The position numbers were made by a program, and so were the translations under genes. Of a stretch of DNA of 64,000 nt, positions 24,738-36,007 are shown piece by piece. The notes under the pieces are model-generated. The model had not been told where the DNA came from, searched no databases, and was given only the letters and a program-made list of their open reading frames with translations. This stretch comes from Coraliomargarita sp. (GTDB lineage Bacteria; Verrucomicrobiota; Verrucomicrobiia; Opitutales; Coraliomargaritaceae). Every line of letters begins with the position of its first letter. Within the stretch, counting starts at the first letter, position 1. Where the stretch lies: assembly GCA_965216325.1 (NCBI GenBank), contig OZ244160.1, forward strand, positions 1,792,001 to 1,856,000, read 5' to 3'.

Positions 24738-25376
24738 ATGTTTCTCAATGATACGACTCCGTTTAAATTGCTTTTCATCGGCGATTCGATTACGGACTGT
24801 GGCCGCGACCGTGCGTTCAATGGCGACGATCTTGGCGATGGCTATGTGCGTCAGGTTGATGCCCTATTACGTGGACATTATCCTCAATTGAATGTGAAGG
24901 TTCTGAACACGGGTATCAGCGGTAATCGGGTCGACGACCTGGAGACACGCTGGGATACTGATGTCAAGGCGCTCAAGCCTGACTATCTTTCCATTATGAT
25001 CGGGATTAATGATGTGTGGCGTCACTACGACAACCCGCACATGGACCAGATCGATGTGGAGACCTATGCGGCAAAGTTGGAAGGTCTAATCCAGAAGACA
25101 TTGCCTATGGTTAAAGGACTGGTGGTGATGTCGCCCTTCTTTCTCGAGATAAACAAGTCCGATGCGATGCGCGTTCAAATGGATGCCTACGGAGCGGCTG
25201 CTCAGGCCGTGGCCGAGCGCAATGGTCTGCCTTTTGTGGATGTGCAGGCAGCCTTTGATGCTTGGTTGGCGCACAATCCGACGCAGCAACTCTGTGGCGA
25301 CCGCGTGCACCCCAACCATGTCGGGCATAATATCATCGCTAGTGCCTTTCTGAATGCGGTCGGCTTTGAATGGTGA
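24738..25376 (+). CDS. SGNH/GDSL hydrolase
   Basis: FIGDSITD, NTGISGN, IGINDVW, DRVHP. Confidence 0.93.
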   Translation: MFLNDTTPFKLLFIGDSITDCGRDRAFNGDDLGDGYVRQVDALLRGHYPQLNVKVLNTGISGNRVDDLETRWDTDVKALKPDYLSIMIGINDVWRHYDNPHMDQIDVETYAAKLEGLIQKTLPMVKGLVVMSPFFLEINKSDAMRVQMDAYGAAAQAVAERNGLPFVDVQAAFDAWLAHNPTQQLCGDRVHPNHVGHNIIASAFLNAVGFEW

Positions 25377-25426
25377 GGCGAGATTTCCGTTGTCTTGGCA
25401 TTCAGTAGCGGTCAAAAGTTGAGTCC

Positions 25427-26584
25427 ATGACCGACTCTGCTGGCGCTCCAACTGTTTCCACGCCACCCCGTTCCAGCCGGATCGCAGCCATCGATTGGAT
25501 GCGCGGATTGGTCATGATTTTAATGGTCATCGACCACGTCTCGATGGCCTTCAACGGTGGTCATAATTCCAAGGATACGGTCGCTTTGGCTGATCCGACC
25601 ACAGTCTTCGAGCCCTTTGCTTTTTTGACCCGCTGGGCGACTCACCTCTGTGCCCCCACCTTTGTGTTTCTTGCAGGCACCGCGCTGGCTCTTTCAATTG
25701 AGCGTAAACTGGAGAAAGGTGCGGATTCTAAATCGATCGATCGTGGCTTGCTCACACGTGGTGCATTTATCGCTCTGCTCGATCCGACACTGGTTTCACT
25801 CTTTTCCGGCCGCTGGACGATTCAGGTGCTCTATGTGATTGGCGTCTCGATGATGTGTATGGCTGTGCTGCGACGCCTTTCGACCAAGTGGCTGCTGGCG
25901 ATTGTTGGCTTCTGGTTTGTTGCTGGCGATGCGATCACGATGTCGATTTGGGATCCGACGGACCACACGCCGTCGATTTGGTCGTCTCTGTTGTTTGTGC
26001 AATACAGCGACCCGGGTGTGATGGTGATCAAATACCCGCTGATTCCGTGGCTGATGATGATGGTGCTGGGCTGGCTCTTTGGCCGCTACCTGCTGAATTA
26101 CAACAATGGCAAGTCACAGTTGGACCCGATGAAGCTCCTTTTGTCGGGCGGCTTGGCCTTCCTTGCGGCCTTCGGTGTGATTCGCTGGCTGAACGGCTAC
26201 GGCAATGCTGGACTGCTGCGGCCCGACGATACCTGGCAATGGTTCCTTCGGGTTTCGAAGTATCCGCCCTCACTCACCTTTACGCTTCTCGAGTTGGGCG
26301 TGCTTGCTGTCCTCCTAGCATTAATGATGATTTGGGAGCGACGCTTTGGTAGTCGCCCGAATGGGGCGCTGCTGGTGTTTGGACAGACTGCGATGTTCTT
26401 TTATTTGGTCCACCGCATTGTGCTCGAGGGTCCTGCGACCTACCTCGGTTTGCGCGGCTTTGGTGATTTGGGCACGACTTATTTGATTAGCGCTCTGCTG
26501 CTAGTGGCCTTGTATCCAGTCTGTCTCTGGTATCGAGGACTTAAGCAACGCCACCGCGGAGCGGCTTGGACGACGTATTTGTAG
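25427..26584 (+). CDS. DUF1624/HGSNAT-like membrane acyltransferase family protein
   Basis: RIAAIDWMRGLVMILMVIDH, TRWATHLCAPTFVFLAG, YPLIPW, KYPPSL; polytopic membrane protein. Confidence 0.85.
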   Translation: MTDSAGAPTVSTPPRSSRIAAIDWMRGLVMILMVIDHVSMAFNGGHNSKDTVALADPTTVFEPFAFLTRWATHLCAPTFVFLAGTALALSIERKLEKGADSKSIDRGLLTRGAFIALLDPTLVSLFSGRWTIQVLYVIGVSMMCMAVLRRLSTKWLLAIVGFWFVAGDAITMSIWDPTDHTPSIWSSLLFVQYSDPGVMVIKYPLIPWLMMMVLGWLFGRYLLNYNNGKSQLDPMKLLLSGGLAFLAAFGVIRWLNGYGNAGLLRPDDTWQWFLRVSKYPPSLTFTLLELGVLAVLLALMMIWERRFGSRPNGALLVFGQTAMFFYLVHRIVLEGPATYLGLRGFGDLGTTYLISALLLVALYPVCLWYRGLKQRHRGAAWTTYL

Positions 26585-26652
26585 GGGTAGGACCTTTGCT
26601 GGCAGGGTTTCGTAATTCTGGGACTGCTTCGTAGTAGGCTTGTTTTGAAAAG

Positions 26653-26759
26653 CACCTCCCCGTCTCGCTTCGCGATCCACCCCTCCTCGTCAAGGAGGGG
26701 AACCGGTATCTGCTCGTCGTTTTAGAAAGCTCCTCCACTGCTAAGCGGATAGGAGGGGT
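26653..26759. repeat. CCCCTCC/GGAGGGG palindromic repeat doublet, partly deleted
   Basis: Same arms as 23556-23662; the second unit has an internal deletion. Confidence 0.65.
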
Positions 26760-26786
26760 ATTTTGACGGTAGACCTAATCAATGAG

Positions 26787-26813
26787 CGGCAGCCTCGGCG
26801 AGGCTGCCCTACC
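26787..26813 (-). repeat. GTAG-type REP (GGTAGGGCAGCCTCGCCGAGGCTGCCG)
   Basis: Exact reverse complement of 53628-53654. Confidence 0.75.
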
Positions 26814-26831
26814 TATAGGAATCTGACTGAA

Positions 26832-28596
<1,765 letters not shown>

Positions 28597-28853
28597 AACT
28601 GTCTGAAATGGTCTCTGGCGTGGAGAACTCCCGATGTGGGGTTCGTCGAACACGTTCGAGTTGGGTTTGGTTTAAAAGTTAAAAAATGAAGCCACGAGGA
28701 CTGTCAGCATTGGCAGTGGTGGCAACGGTATTCGTAACGGTGTCACGAAATTGTTACTCATGCCGTAGCGTGCAGTTTTAACAAACGCTCTCCGTGTTGT
28801 AAGTTTACAGCTGATTGGTTCGTGCTCTGTAAAGCGTTTGCTGAAGCGGCACG

Positions 28854-29507
28854 CTACGATCCTCGAAGGTGCTCAACCAGTTCGCGCAGCGAATGCACGA
28901 CGGGCGCGCCGGTCTCGGCGAGGCGTTTGGGGCAGTGGTGGCCGTGGGCCATGAGGATACAATCGGTGCCAATGGCCTCGGCGACTTCGAAATCGTGCAG
29001 GGTATCGCCAATCATCACACACTGGCTCGGCTCCCACTCGAGTTGCTCGATCCAGTGGCGGCCTTGTTCGACTTTGCCGCGGGCGTAGATGTTGTCGGTG
29101 CCGACGAGGCCTAGGAAGTGATCGCGGATGCCGTAGTGGCCGATGCCGGTCTCAAGGGCTTCTTGTTTGGCGGCTGAGAGCACGGAGTGTGTCATGCCGA
29201 GCTCGCTGAGGTGTAGGAGGGTGTTGTTTGCCTCGCTGTGGAGCACGCATTCGTCGAGCCAGCGGGCCTCGTAGTCGCCGATGAATTCCTTGCTGACCTT
29301 GTCGAAGCTGTCTACGTCGACATCAAAGCCGAGGTATTCATAGAAGTGAATGACGGGGAAGCCGAAATTTTGGCGGTAGTCGTCCTCCGAGATGGGTCCC
29401 CTGCCCCGCTTTGCGAGTAAACCGTTGAGGACTTCCACGCACAGCCAAGTGTCGTTCAGTAAGGTGCCATTCCAGTCCCAGATGGCGTGTTGGTAGCGGG
29501 CGGTCAT
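28854..29507 (-). CDS. HAD-superfamily hydrolase (phosphoglycolate phosphatase-like)
   Basis: IWDWNGTLLND, VLSA, K, MIGDTLHD. Confidence 0.92.
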   Translation of the reverse strand: MTARYQHAIWDWNGTLLNDTWLCVEVLNGLLAKRGRGPISEDDYRQNFGFPVIHFYEYLGFDVDVDSFDKVSKEFIGDYEARWLDECVLHSEANNTLLHLSELGMTHSVLSAAKQEALETGIGHYGIRDHFLGLVGTDNIYARGKVEQGRHWIEQLEWEPSQCVMIGDTLHDFEVAEAIGTDCILMAHGHHCPKRLAETGAPVVHSLRELVEHLRGS

Positions 29508-29932
29508 TAATCGAGTAAATCGGGTTTACGCTGAAACAGCACGACGGGCACTTGCATGAGTGCTAGGAAAATCAAGCTTCCCTCGAGTCCGGGCACACCG
29601 AGTCGTTCGCCCTGCTCGGCCATCTCCATATAAGCGAACATTACCGAGACGATCATCAAGAACACGAATCCAACCGATGCGATCGTCAAAGCGCCGAAGG
29701 CAAATTTCCAGCCACTGTCTTTGATGCGTTGAAATGGGAGGTTCACTAGGAGGCCGTAGATCAGAAAGTAGCTGCCTTTCACGGTGTCGAGTGTGTCGAG
29801 CGTGCTTGAAGTGAGTATCAGCGCCGCTGCGACCACGAGACCGATGCCCATCAGCCGCCCTGCCCAGCGGGCATACTGCAGGCCTTTGATGGTGCTCGGT
29901 GAGATGTTGCTGGCTTCGGGTGAGTCGCTCAT
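29507..29932 (-). CDS. Hypothetical four-TM membrane protein
   Basis: Hydrophobic ORF whose ends overlap both neighbours (translational coupling). Confidence 0.75.
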   Translation of the reverse strand: MSDSPEASNISPSTIKGLQYARWAGRLMGIGLVVAAALILTSSTLDTLDTVKGSYFLIYGLLVNLPFQRIKDSGWKFAFGALTIASVGFVFLMIVSVMFAYMEMAEQGERLGVPGLEGSLIFLALMQVPVVLFQRKPDLLD

Positions 29933-30471
29933 TGGAACAGGCTGAGCAGATCACAGCCATCCCTGCGCTCGGCGTCAAGCAGTGCGAGCTTACGGTCTGC
30001 CCCCCAGCGGTAGTTTCCAGTCGTTCCGGAGGCGTTCACGATCCGGTGGCAGGGAATGAGTAGGCAAATCGGGTTGGCTGCGACGGCGGTGCCCACGGCG
30101 CGGGCGGCCTTCGGTTGGCCAATCTGCTCGGCAAGCTCAGCGTAGCTCTGTTTCTTGCCTGGGGGCAGCTCTAGCAATTGCTGCCACACAGATTTCTGAT
30201 AGTCGGTTCCTTCCGGAGCTAGGTAACTCCATTGAGTTGTGGGTGCGAGTTTTTGAAAGGCATTGAGCCACTTCAAAAAGGCTTCACGAAAGACACTGTC
30301 GGCCCAGCCTTCATGGCTAGGATCATCGTCAAAATAGAGGGCACTCAGGCCACGGTCACTGAATTTTGCGCAGATGGGTCCCCAACGGGTCAGCATGCGG
30401 CAGCCGACTTCTTGGGGATTCGCATAGTGAACCAATGTAGTGAACAAATTATCATTTAATATACTTGCCAT
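29929..30471 (-). CDS. ogt: Methylated-DNA--protein-cysteine methyltransferase
   Basis: GTDYQKSVW, SYAELA, ARAVGTA, IPCHRIV, YRWG..RKLALL. Confidence 0.92.
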   Translation of the reverse strand: MASILNDNLFTTLVHYANPQEVGCRMLTRWGPICAKFSDRGLSALYFDDDPSHEGWADSVFREAFLKWLNAFQKLAPTTQWSYLAPEGTDYQKSVWQQLLELPPGKKQSYAELAEQIGQPKAARAVGTAVAANPICLLIPCHRIVNASGTTGNYRWGADRKLALLDAERRDGCDLLSLFQ

Positions 30472-30530
30472 GGGCTAGAGGGGAGCCTATCGAACTGTTA
30501 AACAATCGGTAACACTCAACCACTACGCAC

Positions 30531-31607
30531 ATGCCCGCTAAGACACAAATTAAAAAGGTAGAACGCTCCCCTGAAGCAGACCGCAAGAACCTCGAACTCG
30601 CGATCTCTGGCATTAATAAGCAATTCGGTCCCGGTGCGTTGATGCGCCTGGGCGAGGCCGCGCAAATGGAAGTCGATACCATTTCAACTGGCTCCATTGC
30701 GATCGATATCGCGCTCGGCACCGGCGGTCTCCCACGTGGCCGTATCTGTGAAATCTACGGTCCGGAAAGTTCCGGTAAGACAACGTTCTGTTTGAGCTGC
30801 ATCGCCCAAGCCCAGAAGCAAGGTGGCAACGCGGTTTTCATCGACGTGGAGCACGCACTGGACCCACGCTATGCGAAGGTGGTTGGTGTGGATCTCGATA
30901 ACCTGATGGTATCCCAACCCGAAAGCGGTGAAGACGCGCTCAACATTACAGAAACACTTATCCGTTCCGGTGCGGTCGACATTATCGTCGTCGACTCCGT
31001 TGCGGCACTGGTGTCCAAGAACGAGCTCGATGGCCAAATGGGTGATACCACTGTCGGCCTGCAAGCCCGTATGATGAGCCAGGCAATGCGTCGTCTCACG
31101 GGTGCGATCAACAAGACCAACTGTGTGGTGCTCTTCACCAATCAGATCCGTGAAAAGATCGGTGTCATGTTTGGCAGCCCTGAGACACAGCCGGGTGGTC
31201 GTGCGCTCAAGTTCTTTGCATCGGTTCGTATGGATATCCGCCGCACCGGACAGATCAAGGAGTCCGGTGGTAAGGTCGTTGGTAACCGCACGCGCATTAA
31301 GATCGTGAAGAACAAGGTCGCTCCCCCGTTTACCGAGAGTGAGTTCGATATTATGTATAACGAGGGAATCTCCCACTCTGGTTCGCTGGTCGATCTCGGC
31401 GTTGAGCACAAAATCCTTGAGAAGAAGGGCTCATGGGTTGCCTATAAGGGCGAGATGATCGGTCAGGGCCGTGAAGCTGCGAAGACTCACATCCAGGAGA
31501 ATCCTGAGTTGGCCGACGAGTTGACTAAGCTGATTATGGAGAAGGTCCATCCGAAGGCCGGTGAATCGCTCACTGGCGATAGCGATGACGCTGAAAGCGC
31601 AGACTAA
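30531..31607 (+). CDS. recA: Recombinase A
   Basis: [56 protein letters not shown]. Confidence 0.99.
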   Translation: MPAKTQIKKVERSPEADRKNLELAISGINKQFGPGALMRLGEAAQMEVDTISTGSIAIDIALGTGGLPRGRICEIYGPESSGKTTFCLSCIAQAQKQGGNAVFIDVEHALDPRYAKVVGVDLDNLMVSQPESGEDALNITETLIRSGAVDIIVVDSVAALVSKNELDGQMGDTTVGLQARMMSQAMRRLTGAINKTNCVVLFTNQIREKIGVMFGSPETQPGGRALKFFASVRMDIRRTGQIKESGGKVVGNRTRIKIVKNKVAPPFTESEFDIMYNEGISHSGSLVDLGVEHKILEKKGSWVAYKGEMIGQGREAAKTHIQENPELADELTKLIMEKVHPKAGESLTGDSDDAESAD

Positions 31608-31662
31608 AAGCTGTGCTTAGCCTCCCTCTTTTTTGGGCTGCGCTAGGTCGATATTTTCCTGC

Positions 31663-31704
31663 TAAGGCATTGCTGTGAATGATCACGGCAATGCCTTATT
31701 TTTT
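31663..31704 (+). terminator. Intrinsic terminator of recA
   Basis: TAAGGCATTGCTGTGA...TCACGGCAATGCCTTA followed by TTTTTT. Confidence 0.8.
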
Positions 31705-31868
31705 GAATGCATCCGACTTTGTCGAATAGGCGTCTCGACCGTTCCCTTGTCCTGAAGACCGTGGCAAGACGCCATGCCACAATCGAAGCCAATGCTTCAC
31801 AAATGAATGTGCTTCATCGCCTTGCGCTCTTGACCTGACGCTGGAATCCGCGAAGTTAGCGGGTTCCT

Positions 31869-33230
31869 ATGCCAGCCACAGATACAATTGTCGCACTCTC
31901 CACTCCAGTCGGTGAATCTGCTATTGCAGTCATTCGTCTGAGTGGTCCTGCCTGTGCCGAACTTGGTGAAGCCGTCTTCAAGCGCGCGAAGCCACTTAAA
32001 CCACGTTACGCTCACTATGGTTCCTACACAGACATTAATGGAAATTTGGTGGATGACTGTGTGATTACTTTGTTTGAGCAGGGTAAGTCCTTTACCGGTG
32101 AAGCCATGCTGGAGATTGCACCACATGGGAATCCACTGATCGTGCAGAAAATCATGGAGGATCTGTATGCACGTGGTTGCCGTCCGGCCGAACCAGGCGA
32201 ATTTACCCGCACCGCATTCCTGAATGGCAAGATGGACCTGAGTCAGGCGGAGGCGGTTTCAGACCTGATCCGTGCACGTTCTGAGCGCAGTATTGAAGTG
32301 GCACAGCGTCAGCTACACGGCTCTGTGGGCCGTAAAATGAGTGAACTCACAGAGCGTCTACTGGCAGTGATGGCGCATATTGAGGCTTATATCGACTTTC
32401 CGGAGGAGGATTTGCCGCCTGAAGATCAGGCGGGGCCAGCTCAGGATTTGCGCCGTGTGATTAATGAGACAAGAGATCTGATTGAGACCCAGCACTACAC
32501 TGCCCTACTCCACGAAGGGATCAAGACACTGATCGTCGGTGAGCCGAACGTCGGTAAGAGCAGTCTGATCAATGCGCTGACTGGCTCTGAGCGTGCGATT
32601 GTGAGTGACGTGCCGGGCACGACACGTGACTTCATCTCATCTTTCCTGATGCTCGGCCCCTGGCGTATTGAGATTTTGGATACGGCTGGTTTGCATGAAG
32701 CAGGCGATGCCATAGAACAAATCGGCATTCAGCATACGATCGAGCAGGCTGAGACGGCTGATTTCTTCTTGTTGGTTCTGGACGCCACGCAGCCCTCCCC
32801 TGCCCTGCCTGCCGAGTTGCTGGAACGTATGACTCCTGAGAATACTTTGGTGCTCGAAAACAAGATCGATTTGGAGCACTCGACTGTGCACGAAGAGTTC
32901 TTGAGCCAGTTCAAGCACTGTCGCCTCTCGTTGATGAATCGTGATGGGCTTCATGAGTTTCGTGACGCATGGCAGGCTGCAATTGATGCGGGCTTGTCGC
33001 AGCCGATCGCGACGGATGGTGTTGTAGTGAATGCACGCCATGCGGCTGCCCTTTCGGAATCTGTGTCCGCGCTTGAGTTTGCGGCTGAGAAAATGCGGGA
33101 CGGTGAGCTCTCTGAGCTCGTTGCGGCGGATTTGCGGGACGCGATTGAGTCGATTGGTAAAGTTGTCGGTAAAGTCGATAACGAGCGCATGCTCGACAGC
33201 TTGTTTAAACAATTCTGTATCGGAAAATGA
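31869..33230 (+). CDS. mnmE: tRNA modification GTPase
   Basis: [48 protein letters not shown]-terminal FCIGK. Confidence 0.98.
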   Translation: MPATDTIVALSTPVGESAIAVIRLSGPACAELGEAVFKRAKPLKPRYAHYGSYTDINGNLVDDCVITLFEQGKSFTGEAMLEIAPHGNPLIVQKIMEDLYARGCRPAEPGEFTRTAFLNGKMDLSQAEAVSDLIRARSERSIEVAQRQLHGSVGRKMSELTERLLAVMAHIEAYIDFPEEDLPPEDQAGPAQDLRRVINETRDLIETQHYTALLHEGIKTLIVGEPNVGKSSLINALTGSERAIVSDVPGTTRDFISSFLMLGPWRIEILDTAGLHEAGDAIEQIGIQHTIEQAETADFFLLVLDATQPSPALPAELLERMTPENTLVLENKIDLEHSTVHEEFLSQFKHCRLSLMNRDGLHEFRDAWQAAIDAGLSQPIATDGVVVNARHAAALSESVSALEFAAEKMRDGELSELVAADLRDAIESIGKVVGKVDNERMLDSLFKQFCIGK

Positions 33231-35152
33231 GTTCTGGATTAAAGTTTGGGCCGAATCAGCCCTATGATGTGATTGTCTGTGGTGCTGGCCACGCAGGATG
33301 TGAGGCGGCACTCGCCGCTGCCCGTATGGGTGCAGATACACTGATGTTGACTGGTAATCTGGATACTATTGCGCAGATGAGCTGCAATCCGGCCATCGGT
33401 GGTCAGGCCAAGGGGCACATTGTGCGCGAAATCGATGCACTTGGCGGTGAGATGGCTATCAATACCGACACCACAGCGATCCAGTTCCGTCTGCTGAATG
33501 CGACTAAAGGTCCAGCGGTTCAGGCACCACGCGCTCAGTGTGACAAGAAGGCCTATCAGTATCGCATGAAGCATGTGCTGGAGCTCCAGGATCATTTGGA
33601 TCTGTTTCAGGCTCTGGTGCAGGGCCTGATCTTTGAGGGCGATCGTGTCGTCGGCGTGAAGACCAATCTGGATGTCGATTTCTATGCCAAGACTGTGGTC
33701 GTGACTACTGGGACATTCTTACGTGGCCTGATGCACGTCGGTCAGAATAAGAATGAGGGAGGCCGTATGGGTGATTTCTCGGCTAAGGGCCTCTCGGGTT
33801 CGTTTCTTGACGCGGGTATTGAGCTCGAGCGTCTCAAGACGGGCACCCCGGCCCGTATTCTTGGTAGTAGTATCGATTTTGCCGGCCTTGAAGAGCAGGA
33901 GGGTGATCCGGTCCCGACGCTGTTCGGGTTTTATGATACTCGCGGAATGGATGATATGTTCCACGTGGAACATTCTGAGGAACAGTCAGAGGCATTTGAG
34001 CAATTGTTCCAAGTGGAACATTCTGGTCAGCGCAAACTCGGGTGGGCGCCTGGTCAGGATCAAGTGTCCTGTTTTATGACGTATACGGGTGCCGCGACGC
34101 AGGAGGTGGTGAATTCCAATCTGCACCGTTCTGCGATGTATTCGGGTGAGATTGAGGGCACGGGCCCTCGCTACTGCCCAAGTATCGAAGATAAGTTTGT
34201 GCGTTTTAAGGATAAGGATCGTCACATGCTTTTCCTGGAGCCGGAAGGGCGGAATACCAATGAGTGGTATATTAATGGCCTTTCAACCAGCTTGCCGTTC
34301 GATGTGCAGCTCGATATGTTGCGCAGTATTCAGGGGCTGGAGAATGTGCACATGCTTCGTCCGGCTTATGCCGTTGAGTATGACTTCGCGCCGCCGACGC
34401 AGTTGTTCCCGAGTTTGGAGTCGAAGAAGGTGGAGAACTTGTTCTTTGCGGGTCAGATCAATGGCACCTCCGGTTATGAGGAGGCTGCGGGGCAGGGCCT
34501 GATTGCGGGTGTCAATGCCGTGCAGAAGGTGAGGGGAGCGGAGCCACTCGTTCTAAAGCGTCACGAATGCTATCTCGGTGTGTTGATCGATGATCTGGTG
34601 ACGAAGGGCACTCAGGAGCCGTATCGTATGTTCTCCAGTCGTGCCGAGCACCGTCTATTGTTTAATCACCCGAGTGCGGAGTTGCGCCTGCGGCATCATG
34701 TCGAAGCACATGGTCTCGTCGATCCTGAGCGTGTGAAGCGTATTCAGGCGAAAACAGACACGATTCTTAACTGGGTCGGGCGCTTGGAGAAAGAGCGTGT
34801 CGGCGGGCAGCTTTATGGCGATGTCTTGCGCCGCACGCGTTCGCAGGAGGACTTTCCGGCTGATTTGCGGTCGCTGTCGCGTGAGGTTCGTGATGAAGTG
34901 TTCTATCGTGTAGTTTTTCGTGGCTATCTGGAGCGTGAGGCGAAGCAGATCGAAAAGATGCGTCACATTGATAAAATTCGCGTCCCAGAGGGCTTTGATT
35001 TCCGAGCGGTGAAGGGCTTGCGTAATGAAAGCGCCGAAAAGCTTTCCGAAATCGCGCCACGCACGCTTGGCCAGGCGAGTCGAATCAGTGGGGTGAATCC
35101 AGCGGATATCAGCATCCTGATGGTCTATCTCGAGGCTCGATCATCTGGCTAG
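33227..35152 (+). CDS. mnmG: tRNA uridine 5-carboxymethylaminomethyl modification enzyme (GidA)
   Basis: [51 protein letters not shown]. Confidence 0.98.
   Translation: MSSGLKFGPNQPYDVIVCGAGHAGCEAALAAARMGADTLMLTGNLDTIAQMSCNPAIGGQAKGHIVREIDALGGEMAINTDTTAIQFRLLNATKGPAVQAPRAQCDKKAYQYRMKHVLELQDHLDLFQALVQGLIFEGDRVVGVKTNLDVDFYAKTVVVTTGTFLRGLMHVGQNKNEGGRMGDFSAKGLSGSFLDAGIELERLKTGTPARILGSSIDFAGLEEQEGDPVPTLFGFYDTRGMDDMFHVEHSEEQSEAFEQLFQVEHSGQRKLGWAPGQDQVSCFMTYTGAATQEVVNSNLHRSAMYSGEIEGTGPRYCPSIEDKFVRFKDKDRHMLFLEPEGRNTNEWYINGLSTSLPFDVQLDMLRSIQGLENVHMLRPAYAVEYDFAPPTQLFPSLESKKVENLFFAGQINGTSGYEEAAGQGLIAGVNAVQKVRGAEPLVLKRHECYLGVLIDDLVTKGTQEPYRMFSSRAEHRLLFNHPSAELRLRHHVEAHGLVDPERVKRIQAKTDTILNWVGRLEKERVGGQLYGDVLRRTRSQEDFPADLRSLSREVRDEVFYRVVFRGYLEREAKQIEKMRHIDKIRVPEGFDFRAVKGLRNESAEKLSEIAPRTLGQASRISGVNPADISILMVYLEARSSG
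33957..33972. promoter_or_regulatory. parS centromere-like site (perfect palindrome)
   Basis: TGTTCCACGTGGAACA inside mnmG. Confidence 0.9.
34005..34020. promoter_or_regulatory. parS site (one mismatch)
   Basis: TGTTCCAAGTGGAACA, 48 bp after the first site. Confidence 0.75.
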
Positions 35153-36007
35153 TTGTTTGGCCAAAAACCGGAGGGGCGCCGTGGTTGTGTTGTAAGTTGT
35201 TTTAGGTGAGTTGCTTGCGAGATGCTGTGTTTCGTTCTTACTCTGGGCGTAATTTTTAATCAGATCTTTTAAGGTGCTTTACAGTTAGTGTAGTAGAGTG
35301 CTGTAGTGGCGAGCTTGGTGTGTTCAATATAATGGAACTTAAATGGGGTGAAAATATGTATACCCAGGGGTGCACATTTTGATGGAGTGGGGAGGGCTAC
35401 TTCGCAAATCTGGCACTTAACCACGTTAAATCATATTTTCTGTGTAGTGCAGCGCCGTGCTTATCCGGTTTGAGACTGTTGAATGCGGTTCACACAATGT
35501 TGTTAGTCCGATACTAGATACTAAAAGCAGCCTTGGGCTTTGTTTTTTAAACCATGCATGAACGTCAATTTACGTTATCGAAGCAACTCGTCCGAGCGAG
35601 CCGATCGTCCTACTCGTGGCTGGGTTCCGTAGGGAGGCGACGTGCTTGCTGATTGTAGGCGAGCCTTCAATCGAAGTGGTCTGAATGTATCTACTTTTAA
35701 TCCATCGTGATAACAGATTGCGAGGAGTCCTTGCTGTTTCTTTGGGAACTTGGCCTTTTAGATGCCCGCATTTCAAGTCGTATAGTCCGCTTCGAGTTGT
35801 CTCATTTAAAAAACGAATGAGTTACAAAAATGTGTATATCTTTGTGTCATTGATGTCACGACTGTGACGCCAGTGTTATATTTGCAACGCGTGCATACTC
35901 TACTGTTGAGGTGAGACTTTCAGCGGGCACAAGGAGGCGCGTTTTGGTTCCTGCGACACAATCATAATCTCTGTGTCGGAGGGTGAAACTAAGATGCGCT
36001 TTCCGAA

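Noticed and set aside
30496..30514. LexA box upstream of recA
   Set aside because: Half-sites and spacer do not fit TGTTC-N4-GAACA or other LexA motifs I know; kept only as a weak finding.
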